This document shows positions 36,301-52,095 of a stretch of DNA of 64,000 nt, piece by piece. Position 1 is the first letter of the stretch. Each line of letters opens with the position of its first letter. The position numbers and the translations under genes were made by a program. The notes beneath the pieces are model-generated. The model did no database searches, was not told where the DNA came from, and saw only the letters and a list, made by a program, of their open reading frames with translations. Source of the stretch: Lama glama (lineage: Eukaryota); assembly GCA_028534125.1 (NCBI GenBank), contig JAPYYK010000093.1, forward strand, positions 682,001 to 746,000, in the 5' to 3' direction.

Positions 36301-39300
36301 TCCCTGGGCCCCAGAGGCTGCACCTGAATATCCCCATAATCTGAAGAACATGAAGGTGAAGACTGTGAGGCCACCTCAAGACAAGACACAGGAGAACCCT
36401 GAAGTCAAGCAAACCTTGAAGCCCATCTCTGCTCTGTGTGCACTTGGCCCTGTGCTAACCTGAGTTCTCTGTGTGTTCTCATTCCATCCTCATGGCCACT
36501 GGGGGATATGAGTACTGTCACTGTCCCCATTTTCCAGGTTGGGCCAGTAAGACTCAGAGAGATTGAATGGCCTGTGCATAGCCACAGGTGAGTGGAGGAT
36601 GGAACTGTCCTCTGCATCTGGCACGCAGGTCTGTCTGACCTGGAGCCCTGTGGCCATAACTGGTTCTTCTTAGCTCATGGACCCTGGCCTGGGGCACTGG
36701 GACCCCTTGGGCCTGCCCAGCTACCACTCATGTTCCTCTATCCCTCTCCCTCCCTGCCTAGGAGCCTAGCTTAGTTTTGTTTTGGAAACCTTCATCCCCT
36801 CCCCCACACCTCTCTATTCCTCCCCAGACCTGGCACTTCTGCCTGTTTCCAGGTTTTCTGGGGCTGGTGGGAAGCAAACAAACTGAGACCACCAATATTT
36901 AGCAAATTGAAGGAGTTTTGTGTTCTTGAGACTTGACAATTTCAAGTATGTGTTGGCCCTCCTGTTCGCAGAGCTTCCTGGGAAGACATTGAGCTTGGAG
37001 CCCCAGCTACTCCCTCCCCTCCCAGGACTATGGTGGGAGGTGAGGAGGGAGGCTCCCAGTCAGTCAGCTACTTGCACCCCCACTTCTGACCATCAGGTAC
37101 CCAGCCTTGGCCTGGAATGGGAGCAGCTGTTTGGGGGCCCTCTCTGTTCCTGGGCTCCCTTGAGAGGGGCTGGCCTTCCCCATCTTGCCTGCTTTGCCAG
37201 GTTGTGGCTCTGGAAAGAAAGGAGAATGAAAGAGAAGGAGCCAGGACCAGTTCCCTAGGGCTTACATCCTCATCAAGCATCCTGATGGGCAGTAACTCAT
37301 CCGTAGACCCACACATGCTTGAGGACAGAGTGCCTGTGGCAGCATTCCCAGCCGCAGCTTCAGGCCTACCCACCCCTCGGCAGGGCAGGAAATGTTTGCA
37401 GGCATCGGGAGGAGATTTGTAAAACGGGCAGGCCTTTCTGGGCATGAAAGTTGAATCCTGGTTCCCAAAGGACTCCTAGACTCGGAGATAGCCACGGGTG
37501 AACCCTGTGACCCAGAAAAGCTATACAACTTCCCTGAGTCTCAGTCTTCTCAGCTGAAAATGATGGTCAGTGATGCCATTGTTGAAAGGGGTGTAATTGC
37601 CCAGTACCTAGCAGGGGCCCTGTGAACATCCGCCACCAGCATAATAACTACCAAGTGGCAGAGCCTGGTCTAGCCCCAGGGACCTGGGGCCAAGCTCCAC
37701 GTACAACAGGAGCAGAGCAGCCGTTTGCATTGTCCACACTGCTAGCGCTAACAGGTATGGATTCAAGTTTTGACTCTCACTACCCAGAGGTGTGACTGGG
37801 CAAGTTACTTAACCTCTTAGAGTCAGTCTCCCCACAGGAAAAGGATGATGCTGGTTCTTCTCAGGATATAGTGAGTGATGACTGAGGTGGTGTCTGTGGC
37901 CAAGCGCTGTGGCCAACGCAGCACTAGCTGAGCCCCAGGGAGAGACTGTTGTTATAAAGGCAGTCCTCACACTGCATCAGGCCTTGGGCCTTCAGCTGTG
38001 GCCTGGACGTTTGGGGTCAGTGGTATAATGTGAGCCAACCCCAAGACAGAGGACTGTATGTGGCCAGAAGTTAATGCAGCGAGGTCTTTTCCCGCGTGGG
38101 GCCAACTAATCCGTAGCAGCAAAATTGGTTCCATTAGTTCCCTTACTGAGCTACTAAAGCTGGGGAAATGAGTGCGTGAGAGAATAATGGCACATGTCTG
38201 AGGCTCTCACTTGAAACTGTGGCTAAAACGTTAGATTTGACGTGGCCAGCAGATTTCCTGATAGCACTGGTGCCCTTGGGGGGAGGGAGAGGGTGAAGTC
38301 AGTGAGGAGGGGATGGCTCTGGCTTTAAAAGGAAGATACTGAGGCCCTACGGAGGAAATTCCTGCTTAGAACCCTGAACTTGAGGTCAGTCTTCATCATC
38401 CCCTCACGAAACTATGGCCTATCCCCCAAGTTGGCAAAGCAGCCAGCAAGGGTCCCACAAGCTGGCCAGGAGCCAGGGCGCAGTGCAGTAATGAACCTCC
38501 CTGGTGCTAACATCACAAAGGCAGGGTGGTCGCAACAACTGGCTGTAAAGTGAATCCTGCTCTTCCAGTGGTGTCTCTCAGAAGATTAGAGCTACAACAC
38601 ATGGAAAAATTATCCTCACTAATCACAGAACTGGGAGCCAGAAGGGATGCCAGATGTGACTGAGTTGAAGACTCTTACGAGGAGGGAGTTTTGTCAGTTC
38701 AAAGTGCTCTTCTCATCCATGATCTCCCTCTGTAGAGAACTGGGGTTCTCCACATGAAAAAAATAATGAGTCATTTTTACAAATCTATGTATTTGTAAAT
38801 ATTTTACAAATATGCAAACGTATGTTTTCCTGTAACATTCTGTTTACTTCGGGCCCCTGAGCGTGTTTGCTGTGGTGTCATCAACAGCCTGGTCATCAAT
38901 GCACCTTTTCACTGCTCCCGCCTGGCACTGAACAAAGCTGGAAGCCCAGGAAAGGGGAAACAATGTGAGTTGTGGTGGCCCATAGGGCAGTGAGAAGAAA
39001 TGGACCCGTGGCTTCCAGGAGGTTCCCTTTGCTATAGGGGTGGTGTCTATCAGGCTGTGGGTTGTCATGAAATCAAATTCGTATTTCTTAATTGCTGCTG
39101 CCTCACTGATGGGAGAGATTACAAGCCAGCTCTCCTCCCCTGGAAGGAGTGGGTGTTCCGGCAGAGGCCACAGAGCAGCTTGGCCTGGGCTGCAGGTTAA
39201 TTGGCTGGGAGTATGGAGGTTGGGGTGGGGTTGGGGAGGCTACTTGTCCAGGCCCAGGCCTTGGGGCCTCCTGTGTGTGTGTAAGACAGACAGAGATACT

Positions 39301-41909
39301 GTGAACACTTAACTTGGGAAGAGCCTGCCCTGGAGTGAGCTGGGTGTGGACACTGGCTATGTGTGTGTGCATTTGGGCCCGGGAAGGTGGCTGAAGAGGA
39401 GTGTTGGGGGCTGGTCCCAAGGCTGTCTTACAGAGTCACCGTAGACATCCCAGCTCCATTTGATGCTCTAGGAAGGCAGACAGGGTGCTTTTACAGCTCT
39501 GTGCAAGGGAGGCGATGGGCCCTGCCGTGGAGGTGGGGCCTCAGTGGGAGTGGAGGTCTGAGCAGAGTGGTCTGGGCTTGGTCACCTGCCCAGGCGAGGC
39601 TGTCAGAGGTTGAGTTGTTTTAGCAAAACCCCCAGTCTTTCTTGGGCACCTCTTTGTGCCTAGTTCTCTGTAGACACTTCAGAGAAATAGAAAATTTTGG
39701 ACAAATAAATGGATAGTTGGATGGGTCCTACTGTCTGGAGGGGTTCAGAGTCAACATCACAGAGTATAGAGACACAAACATACCCACGGCCCACACACTG
39801 ACACACATTCCTTGTCCCCAAACTGCCTACACCCATACACACCCTTGCACACACCCCTTACATGCAGGTGCTTCTGTATGCACGTACCCATGTTTCCATG
39901 GGCACACACATGCACCTACATACACCTACACACACCCCTGCTCATGCGCACACCTCTACACCCATGCACACATTTATTTCAGAACAAGTTGCCTGAGTTT
40001 TGCAAGCTGTAGTTTTGGCCAGGGCCCTCCGACTTGGGACCACACTGTCCTCTCAGTTCCCCTCGGGGGTTGGGGGGGTTGTCTGGATGCTCTCTCAAAA
40101 GTTCTGTTCTCCTCCCTGTCCCAGCCTCACCGTTCTCCAGCCTGGCGGCCCCAGGGCAATGACTTCATCCTCTGGAGCCTCTTTTCCCTCAATCTTTAAA
40201 TTGGGGCTGATGATCCCCACCCTGCTTGCCTCACAGGGTGGCTCTGAGCATTCCCATGAGATAAGGGAAAAGAGAGTGTCTTGTAAACTGCACATTGTTT
40301 TCCAAACAGTCAAATGCTGCTGTTGAATTCCTGAACTCAGGAATTCCTCCACCTACATGTAAACCCTGTCCGCGGGTGAGAAGGGACACAGCGTGGAGGT
40401 AGTAAGGAGGCCTGGCCAGTTCCGAGGCTCCCATTCCCGCTGGTGATGCTGGAGGTGCGTAGGCAGGTGTCTGTGGGGCACAGGCTGCTCTGCCCTCAGC
40501 CTTTGCTGGGTCCACTGTCGGGTCAGATTGGCAGGGGTCTCAGGTGTCTGGCTGCAGGCTCTTGGGTAGGTAAGAGACTTTGGCAAAGGAGAGTGAGGGG
40601 AGAAGGATGGGGTGGGAAGCATTTGATCAAAGCTTGAAGCTAGTGTAGTATCATTTGTTTAAGGAAATGTTGACTCAGATTCGATACTCGTCTGACTTCA
40701 GTGGGGACCCATGACACCAGTACACCTGGGAGCCAAGGTTCTGCCTCACAGGTGTGCGGGGATGCCTGTCGGGCACTAGCTGGAGCTGTGGAGCTGCCCA
40801 GGAGCCATCACAGACCCTCCAGCTTTGGTGGACCCCTTGTGGGGGTTGCTCAGGGGACATAGGATGGGAGTGAGGCCAGGGTGTAGGTCTGTTGGGTTGT
40901 CAGAAGGCCACCTCATCTTCTTTTCTCCAGAGCTGTGACTGAGGACCAGGACACCAGGTGGCCCCCATGAGGTTCAGGCATTTGGATATAGGGTCAGTGG
41001 AGACCCAGGGGCCAATCGATGGGGGCAGTGATGTGGGAGTGGGGCTACAGTAGGTACTTTGCAAGGAGCTCTGACCAGAGGTCCTCCTTGTGGTTCCCAT
41101 CCCCCTGGTCTAGCCCAAGCCTTGCCACTTAACACTGGGGAGAGAGAGGCACAGAAAGGCAAAGGACCAGCCCAAGGTCACACAGAATAGTAGAACCTCG
41201 TGGCCTCCCGTCTCCTAGCCCTGTGCTCATTCCTATGCCTAGGAAGGTGGAACCTGTGCTTGGGGACATCTTTTATGAAGGATGGTGAGGACTCATGTAC
41301 ACCTGCATGAATGAAGCCATCTTGTAATAATGGCCTTGTGAGCTGGAGCAGTCAGGATGGGCTCCTTGGAAGAGGAGGTAAAGTCTGGTTCACCAGAGAG
41401 GGTGGGTGAGGTACACTGGGGAGCAAGTTTGGCCAGGTTGTCATGTATCCCATTTGTTGAGCCTTCCTGGGGCCTCCTCAATTTAATCTTATTCTGTCCT
41501 CGTGGTTGTGAGAATTTCTTTCTCGTACCCCCACTCTACTGATTTGTTCATTAAATCTACAAATATTATCTGAGTCAGTGTTCTGGCCAATACTGGGACC
41601 CAGTGGTGACCAGGCAGACTGGCCCTGCCCTTGTGGGCCCACAGTCTGATGCAGTAGGCAGCATGGTGCCAGCCTTACTGGAAAACAGCTGTGTGATCTG
41701 GGGCCATTACTTTCCCTCTCTGTGCCTCAATTTCTCTGCTAAAGAGTGGTGGTAATAGTCTCTTCCTTATAATATTTGTAAAGTGCTCAGAACAGAGCCA
41801 GTCACATTGGAAGTACAATATCTATAGTATGTATTTGTTTAAGGAGTTGTCAAAGGAATGCACTAAGTGTAGGTGGTGAGAAAGTGCTGCACAGGAGGGA
41901 GGTAAAAAG

Positions 41910-42092
41910 AGCGATGATGGGAGCTTTCTGGGGAGCTGGCAGCATTTTCTGTCCAGGGCTGTGGGTCATAGGGTGTGTGCAGTCATCAAAATTCACTGAA
42001 ATGGACTTGAGGCCTGTATGAATGTAAAGTACACTCACTTCACTGTATGTGAAGTATACCTCAATAACCAAGCATCTATAGAAAGAAAAATA
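41910..42092 (+). mobile_element. L1M 3'-end fragment
   Basis: ctttctggggagctggcagcattttctgtc...tcaaaattcactga...cacttcactgtatgtgaagtatacctcaataa, followed by an A-rich tail. Confidence 0.6.
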
Positions 42093-44632
42093 AAGGATGA
42101 AGGGAGAATCAGGGATCCTTTAGGTCCTCTTTAGACAGGGAAGTCAGGGAGGGCTTCTGAGAGGAGGTGACGTTGGAGGGAACTCCTGGAAGAGGTGAAG
42201 GCCCTGGCTGTGGGGAAGAAAGATGAGAACATTGAGGCTCTAAGAGGTCTGGGGCTATACTCAAGGTCAACTCGAGGGATCCAGAGTGACAGCCCAGGAA
42301 ACTTGTTGGCAGCTGGCCCTGGTTGAGGCCACTGCAGAGCTCTGGCCCCTGTAATCTCCCCTGCAGAGAGGCCCGAGGGCACTCATTGTGTTTTCAGGAG
42401 GCAGCTTCCTCCCTGCCCCTGTGCCTGTTCTAGTGGCCTTGGCACTCAGGGAAGGACTATTTTAATCTGTGTGGGAAATTGGTTCCTAAATATGGACTGA
42501 GTAGGATGGGAGACATTGAGAGGCTCCAACTCAGGGCAGTTCCACCTGCTCCTCCACCTCAGCAAAGCACAGGGTGCAGGCCCGGGCCATGAGGCTCTCT
42601 GGCCTCTCCTTGACCATCCACCTCCATCCTCCCTCCCCTCTTATCATACCCCTCTTCCCATCCTTTGTTTGTTCAGAAGCCCAATGTTTTCTGCTAGGCT
42701 CCAGCCAGGGACTTCCAGGTTAACCTGACCTACTTCTGCCTTCAAGCTGCTTCCAGTCTGGTGGGAGGTACAGAGGCAAAAACCATTGAGGGAACTGCTG
42801 GAGAATTTTCCAGAGGACAAGACATCTGAACTGAGCCCAGAAGGTTCCTCAAAGGGAGAAAGTTGGCCCAAAGGCGAAGGAGATGAAGTGAGAGTTCACA
42901 TGGCATAAGCAGAGAGTGAGGCCTGTTTGGGACCAGCATGTACATCATTCTGACCAGAACCCAAAGTGTTCTGGGGTCAGAGGAATGAGCAGGGAGATGA
43001 AGGCAAGGCCTGGATGCCAAGGGAGGAGGTGGCCTTTATTTGGAGGACCAAGGGTAGGGATTTAAAGGTAGAGAAGGGCCAGAGAGAGAGAGAGGTGGGG
43101 CTGAGGAACCCACTGAAAGTGTTCCAGTTGTGGGCTTGGGGTCTTATGAGAGAAGAGAGAGTACCCTGGTATAGGGATTGGGTACCAGAAGCAGGGCAGA
43201 GTGAGGAGGGGGTCCAGGAGCCAGCCTGGGGGCCCTGGTAGGACACAGTCAGGTCAGACTAGGGAAGAGGGGCCAGGGAGAAGTGTTAGGAGGCAAGCAG
43301 AGAAGGGGTGCAGAGAGGACAGAATAGGGAGGGAGGATGGCACATCTTTGACCCTGTGGCTAAAGTCTGAGGTCCCCCTGGCTAAAGCCACCTCAGGACA
43401 CAATGTGGGTGAACTGGTGTGGTGATTGGGGATGACCGAGCCTCTACCCCCAGCACTGTTAAGTAAGAAGCTGGGGCTTGGGAGCTGTGTGGGCGCAGAA
43501 CAGAGGGGTGTTCTGGGAGGCAGAGGCAGCATTCGCAAGGGATCCATGGTTTCCAGGCTGGGAGTGTCTCCTTACAGCCGCCTCCATGCACAGCCCGTCC
43601 TGGTCTAGGGAGTGGAGCAGGGACCCCGGAGTGGAGGGGCTGGCCCAGCTCCTTGCACTCCAGGCCAGAGTCAAGGTGAATAGCTCGGAGATGGAGCAGC
43701 CGCGGGCCAGCAGATGCGAGAACCCACCGCCTTCCTCTCTACCCCAGTTGGTCTTTGCCTAGAGAGCTTGGTCCCAGAGCCTGCCCCACACAGTGCCCTG
43801 GCAGGAAGCACCATTCTGTAGGGGAGGAAACCAAGACCAGTAGTGGCCCAGGGTCCTGTGGGTGCTGAGCAAGATGGACCTGATCTGAGCTTATCTGGTC
43901 CTCAGCCCTGCTCCACTAGGAAACAAATGTGAGCAGCCCTACTAGGGGATGGCTCATCCCTGCTCTCCCTACTCTGGGCCATCTCCCTCTGCATGCTGAC
44001 TTCTCTGCCCACTTCAGGATCTTGCTCATTTCCGGTGATTGGCCTTAAGGTTGGCAGCCAGAGCCCAGGGCTGAGTTAACCTGAACAAGGATCCTGCCGC
44101 CCGCCCACCCACCTGCTGCCTACCTTGCTGTGATGCATCCTGTGGGGCTGACTCTGTCATTACTCCATTTTACAGAGTTGTGGACTATGGCTTGGAGCTG
44201 TGATTGCCTGAGGTCACACTGAGTCATTGGAGGAATTTAGCCCCAGGCCCGGACCCCACGCCACCAGGCCATCTGTCACCTCCTTCAAGTAGGGTCCTCC
44301 GTGCCCCCAGACTCTATCTCTGGGTTTACATTCTTGTGCCATCCCACTGTGAAAATCAAGCTCAGGGATATGTGGCCCCTGGCCTGGGGTCTCACAGCTA
44401 ATATGTGATTTGACTACAAAACCTACTCAATTTCCACTTCCTTGCTGCCCCTGGGAAGGGAGACAGGAGCTTCTGTGGTCTTGAGCCCATCCATGCTTTC
44501 AGCCACCTCCCAGGCCTTCCCAAGCTACCAGCCGGGCTGCTTGAAGCTAACCTCAATCAAATCCAGGTGCTCATTGGACCACGAATCAGGAAAACCTGAA
44601 TTTGAGCCCTCATTTTGCCCTTCATAGGCTGA

Positions 44633-45001
<369 letters not shown>

Positions 45002-46082
45002 TAGCAGCCTCAGGAGACACCGCAGCCCCTGGGGGCGGGGGGGAACCTGTGCAGCTGGCCACAGGGCATCCTACAAGGGTGGGAAGGAAGTCAAAGGGCT
45101 CTAATATGTCCTCCCTCGCTGTGATTTCTGCTTTGCGAGGAGAAGGTGGAAGAGCTGTCAGAGAAGGCCTCCAAGCCCTGAACACGGGTTGGGGTAGATT
45201 TGGGGAAGAGCAGGACGTACATGGTCCCCTCAGCTTTCTCCTTCCCACCTGGATGTGTGCTCCCGTGGTCCCACCTGGTGCTGGAGCCAGCGGACTCCTC
45301 CACCTCAGGCTTCTCCACTAGTGCTGTGGCTCAGTCCTGACCTTTCTCAGACCCTGGGCCCTTTGTCTTGGCCTCCAGCTCCCCTCTGTCTTCCTTTCAA
45401 GTTCCCCCTCACCCCACAGGGTAGCAGCTCTTGAGTCAGATTTGGGGTTCAGATCCTGGCTCTGCTGCCCACTAGCTGTGTGGCCTTGGGCAGTTGCTAA
45501 CCTCTCTGAATCACTGTAACTCCCACATGAAATGTGGAGGAAGATCTTAATGTAGCATTCACCCTGTTCATTCTAAGTGTTCCAGTGTATTGCTGATTCA
45601 ATCTCCACTACTCTGTGAGGTTGGTGCTATAATCCCTGTTTTACAAACTAAGAAGCTGAGGCACAGAGAGGTGAAGGGACCAGCCCAGGATCACACAGCA
45701 GCACACATGAATGGTTTGCCCAGGGCACAGCCCACAGGAGATGCTCAGAGAACAATGGTCATGATGATGATAGTTGACATCCTCATTTGGGGAAACTTGG
45801 ATAAGTGTGGGGCTACCAGGTAGGGACTGTGCCACTGGGAACACAGGGACTCCCTGGTGAAGATCTGAGCCCACCATCCTCCCCTAGTTCTAAGAGTTCA
45901 GTTCAACCCACCCAAGCTAACAGCCCACCACACAGCAGGCTCTACAAGGCACAGGGAGGCTGAGAGTGACCTTTCCCCAGGGGAAGAGCAGCAGGGCTTG
46001 AGGCCTGGGCCTGTGATTCGGGGCAGGGGTGGGTTGACGCCTGATTCTCCCTCTCCCTGCTTACAGTCACCTTGTCTTATAG

Positions 46083-46147
46083 CATGGAAGGTGGTGAGTT
46101 GTTCAGCAGGATTCAGGAGCGTGGTGACCAGGCTTTCACTGAGAGAG
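46083..46147 (+). CDS. MAPKAPK3: MAPKAPK3 coding exon 3 (CMEGGELFSRIQERGDQAFTER)
   Basis: cttatag|C ... AGA G|GTATGT; 65 nt; phase consistent. Confidence 0.97.
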
Positions 46148-46564
46148 GTATGTGCGTGCAGCTGGACCAGGGATTTGGGCTGGGATGGATCATACAGAGT
46201 TTCTGTATGATGCTGGGCAAGGCTCTGCTCCTCTCTGTGTCTCAGTTTCCCCAGCTGAACAGGAGAGGGTGGGACAGAGTGTCCATCTCCCAGGGGGTTC
46301 TGTGAGTCTATGACACCTTGTCGGAGGTAGACTCTATGGCCTTGGGATGGAGGCTTCAAGGCCTCTTGATGCCAACCAGCAGCTGAGCTGGGGAGAGGTA
46401 GCCCAGGCCTGCAGAAAGGTCCAGGTGAACTGCAGGCATCCCCAGAGGAACCTAGGCTGGTCCGAGTCAGGGTATGGGATGGGGGTTCTAGGTGGCAAGA
46501 GTGCTGTTACAGGCTCGTGCTTTCCCAGGAGGGATGATAGGGTGGAGTCCTCTAGGCTGCCTGA

Positions 46565-46753
<189 letters not shown>

Positions 46754-48323
46754 TAGTCCCAGCATCCACAAGATGGAATCCAGGGTCCTTGGTCAGCATT
46801 CAGGACCTCTGCCCCCCGGCCCAGACTGCTCTTCTCAGCCTCTTCTCCCGTGGTCCCCGCAAACCCACTGTGCTCTAGTCAGACAGGTCTCCTTGTTTCC
46901 TTCAAAACTGTAATCTGAATTGCCATAAGAATGACTGAGTGCCGACCTCAAGCCAGTAGGTCCTAGTAAGAAGCATCTCATTTAATCCTCACCCAGCCTG
47001 TGAGATGGATGCTGTTACCCATTTTACAAATGAGGAGCCCTAGAGAGATTAAGTATCTTGCTCAAGGCTGTGCAGTTGCTGCACTGGGATTCATTCATTC
47101 ATTTGTTCATTCACCAAGGATTTTGGGGAGACACAATGTGCCAGGCCTCAGGCCGGGGCTGCCTGATGCTGTTGGGTCTTCTGTGAAGTAGCAGCCATAG
47201 TTTCAATAGGTTGGGCCCTCTAATGCCAGCATTTTAAGGCAAAGAAGCCATTGGCTGGGCACTGGAGAAAGGAGCAGAGGTAACCCAATTGCTGGACCTA
47301 CTTGCCCTTCCAGTGGACAGGCTTGCGAGATGTTCTCTCCAAATTTCCTGCCCAGGGAGGACTGGATCTCAGAGGTGATCGGGATCAGGTGGATGAAATG
47401 TAAACTGAGGCAGCCTCACATACACACATACACACACACAATGCACGTGCCAGCCCCCGTCAGAGCAGAATCTACAGCTCCCTTCGCCGCATTCCTAGAG
47501 CATGATCCCCTAGGCTGTTTCCTCCTGAGACTGGGCAGAGGAGACCTGAGGGTCCAGCTGCTGCATCAGGTCCTTCCTCTGGCTGAGTAACGCCAACCCA
47601 TACAGTTAGCCTTTGATTTTGGATACAAGTGAAGCCACAGTAGACTCACCTTCTGAACTCTTGCTTTATTTTTGGCCTTGGCTTCCTTTTTTCCCTTGAG
47701 GGGAGAAAAGCCTTCTGCAGAGAAGATTCCTTTGTGTAGACTAAAACTGCTTCCTTGTTTTATCCCGATCCAAGGTAAGATTTTCTCAAATAGAACCTGA
47801 GAAATAGCTTTCACTGGCTCCAGACTGGAACTCCATCTAACGTCCCATCCTTCTACCCAACTCTGCTGCCCTTCTCCATGGGCCTAGGTCCTACCTGTTC
47901 ATTAAAAACCAGCTTCAGGGCTGCCTCCTCCATGCAGCCTTCATCCCTCAGACTGTCTGTGCTCTATAACCAGGAAGGTTGGCCTCTGTGCAGCTCCTTG
48001 GGGCCTAAGCGGAGGGGCCTTCTCCCTGAACAACCTCAAGGGGGCCTGTCCTGTGGGCTCATCCTGGGCTGGGCACAGGAAGTATGCTCAGAAGTTCCTG
48101 CCCCTGGGCTTTCTGTGGCACTTGGTTATCCACACCCTTGGTTGAACACCTGCCTCAGTTTCCACTCTGCCAAGTTACTTCTTAGCCAGCTTAGTCTTCT
48201 CCATATTTGGCCCACATTGTTGGTGGCCGAGAACAGGGTCTTTTTAATGAGATGGGCCTGGCTTCTCCTGCCTCAATCTAGATGAAAGAGGGAGGGAGGA
48301 AGTCTGGCTAAAGATCACCCTGA

Positions 48324-48575
<252 letters not shown>

Positions 48576-48615
48576 TAAAGCCCGGTGAGGAGGGAGGGGA
48601 GGATTCTGTCTGCAT

Positions 48616-48747
48616 NNNNNNNNNNNNNNNNNNNNNNNNNNNNNNNNNNNNNNNNNNNNNNNNNNNNNNNNNNNNNNNNNNNNNNNNNNNNNNNNNNNNN
48701 NNNNNNNNNNNNNNNNNNNNNNNNNNNNNNNNNNNNNNNNNNNNNNN
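48616..48747. other. Assembly gap (132 N) in a MAPKAPK3 intron
   Basis: Run of N; no coding exon is missing because the spliced CDS is complete and in phase across it. Confidence 1.
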
Positions 48748-49445
48748 ATACGTGATAAAAGGCTGCCATCAGCTTGGGACAGAGCCCAACCGCGGTTGTT
48801 TTTCTCCAGTTTTTATCTTCCTGGGAGTCATATTCAGAGAGGGAGCAGGCGTTTCCTCCTACATTAGAGGGATACAGGGTACCAGCCACCTGCCTTGTGG
48901 GAGAGAGTCCCTTAGGCCAGGGCATGGCTGGGACCCAGGGTGGTGCACAGACTCATGCTTCCTGGAGAAACTCCCTGCTCCCGTGAGCGGGCAGCCCCCA
49001 GATCTGGACAGCCCCTGCTGCAAGTGGCCCATCCCGGAGAGTGGGGCGATGACTCGTTTTACAGAAAGCTCTTCTCCTTCAGAATAAGCCTCCCAAGAGA
49101 GCTAGCTGCTTAAGGGGTAGGAAGCCCCTTGAGACAGCTGGAACGGCACTGTTTACCAGGACGTGTTTTGCGGCATTTTAACTTGGAAGTCTTCTGGCCT
49201 CCCCCTGCCACTGCACAGGTGGGAAGACCAAGGCTCCGTGGGAGGGTAGCCAAGCTGATAGTGGAACTCAGAGCCCTGGCCCCAGCTCCTCCTTGCCCGT
49301 GGCCTAGCCTGTGCATTCAGGAGGCAAGGGACACAGGGCAGCTGGAGGGCTGAGGCCCTCTCACCTATGGCAGGACCCCACCAAACCCCAGACTGCCCCT
49401 TTCTCCCTCTCCTCTCTCACCAAGGCTGAGACTGGCCCAAAGTAG

Positions 49446-49760
<315 letters not shown>

Positions 49761-50085
49761 TGAGTATAACCACCTCTGACTCCTGCACCCCCACCCCCAT
49801 GTACCCTCAGTACCACTTCTGCCCCACCACCCGCCACCCTTGGTGAGGGGCTTAAGCAGGTCACACTTCATGTAGGTTGGCCTTCCCTCTGGTCATGGGA
49901 CACCCCTCCTTCAGGCTGCCTGAAGGCCTCCCCAGGCCAAGGGCAGATGGTGTTCCTGGGATGAACCCCAGACTTGAGAGGCCTGGTATTGTTGCCGTGG
50001 TGTCTGGCTGTCTGTCTCCCCAGTCAGGGTCTTGGGGAGGAGAAGGGGTCCACCCTGGCACTGCCCCCATACCTGTGCTGAATGA

Positions 50086-50232
<147 letters not shown>

Positions 50233-50477
50233 TGAACCTTTGCTCCAGCTTCTCCACCAGACCCCACCAGCCTTCCTTCTGGGAGAGACCACTTTTTTGA
50301 CCTGATGCTAGCTCCCCCACATCTCAGCTGTGACCCTAGGCAAGTCACCTAACCTTTCTGAAACTCAATTTTTATGTCTACCAAATGGGCTCAAAACCTC
50401 CCTCCTCAAAACTTCCCCTAACTGTGTCTTTCATCCATATTTTCCCTTTCAGGACCACAAACAAGTCTGCCTTTATC

Positions 50478-51011
<534 letters not shown>

Positions 51012-51082
51012 TGACTTGCCTTTGTCCCTCACTGCTCCTATCAGGCTCCTTCACCCCCTGGGGCCTTGGTTTCCCCATCTGA

Positions 51083-51304
<222 letters not shown>

Positions 51305-51942
51305 TAATGACCACCTAGAACCTGGGTCTTCCGCCCCCTCTCCCATTGACACAAGGTGTCAGTGACTGCACCAGTGATCCAATCTTGGCACTCAGAGCAC
51401 TGGGCTGCTACCCCATTCAGGGTAGTGCTCTGGGCTTGCTCCCTCAATGAAGCGGGCCAGGGACTCAGTGAAGGGGCTTTTGCCCCAAGCTTTGGCCACA
51501 ACCCCTATTATAATCTGCAACATTGAGAGTGTGGTCAGCATGGTTTTAAACTCAGCAGAGGCCAGATTTGAGCATATGGCACAGCAACTCAGAGCCAGGG
51601 CACCCAGGGCACAATCTTTGGGTCCTAGTGCCCTGGGTGCACAGCAAGATGGCATTCCCTGTGGGCCTTGTGGTTCTGAGCAGGTGACATTGGTCCAAGT
51701 CCCTGTCCTACTTATCCTTGGTGGTCCCAGGGATTCACTGTACTTTCTGTGCCTTAGTGGATAAGCTCAGAGTCTGCTGCAAGGGACTAGTGAGGATTAA
51801 GTGAGGCAAAAGGGTGGCAAGGTATACAGGAGGCCCTCGGGCAGCAAAGGCTGTCACTGACATAATTAAGGGGCTATCCAGACAGGAGGGTGATGGCTCT
51901 TGAGGTCAGTATATACTGATCTTCCCCCACACCCGTCCCCAG

Positions 51943-52095
51943 GAGGAAATGACCAGCGCCCTGGCGACCATGCGTGTGGACTACGACCAGGTGAAGATCA
52001 AGGACCTGAAGACCTCTAACAACCGGCTCCTCAACAAGAGGAGGAAGAAGCAGGCAGGCGGCTCCTCGGCCTCGCAGGGCTGCAGTAATCAGTAG
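51943..52095 (+). CDS. MAPKAPK3: MAPKAPK3 last coding exon (EEMTSALATMRVDYDQVKIKDLKTSNNRLLNKRRKKQAGGSSASQGCSNQ*): NES and NLS/p38 docking site
   Basis: ccccag|GAG ... CAG TAG; 153 nt. Total CDS 225+140+65+80+124+76+125+86+81+153=1155 nt = 384 aa plus stop. Confidence 0.97.
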   Translation, partial: EEMTSALATMRVDYDQVKIKDLKTSNNRLLNKRRKKQAGGSSASQGCSNQ

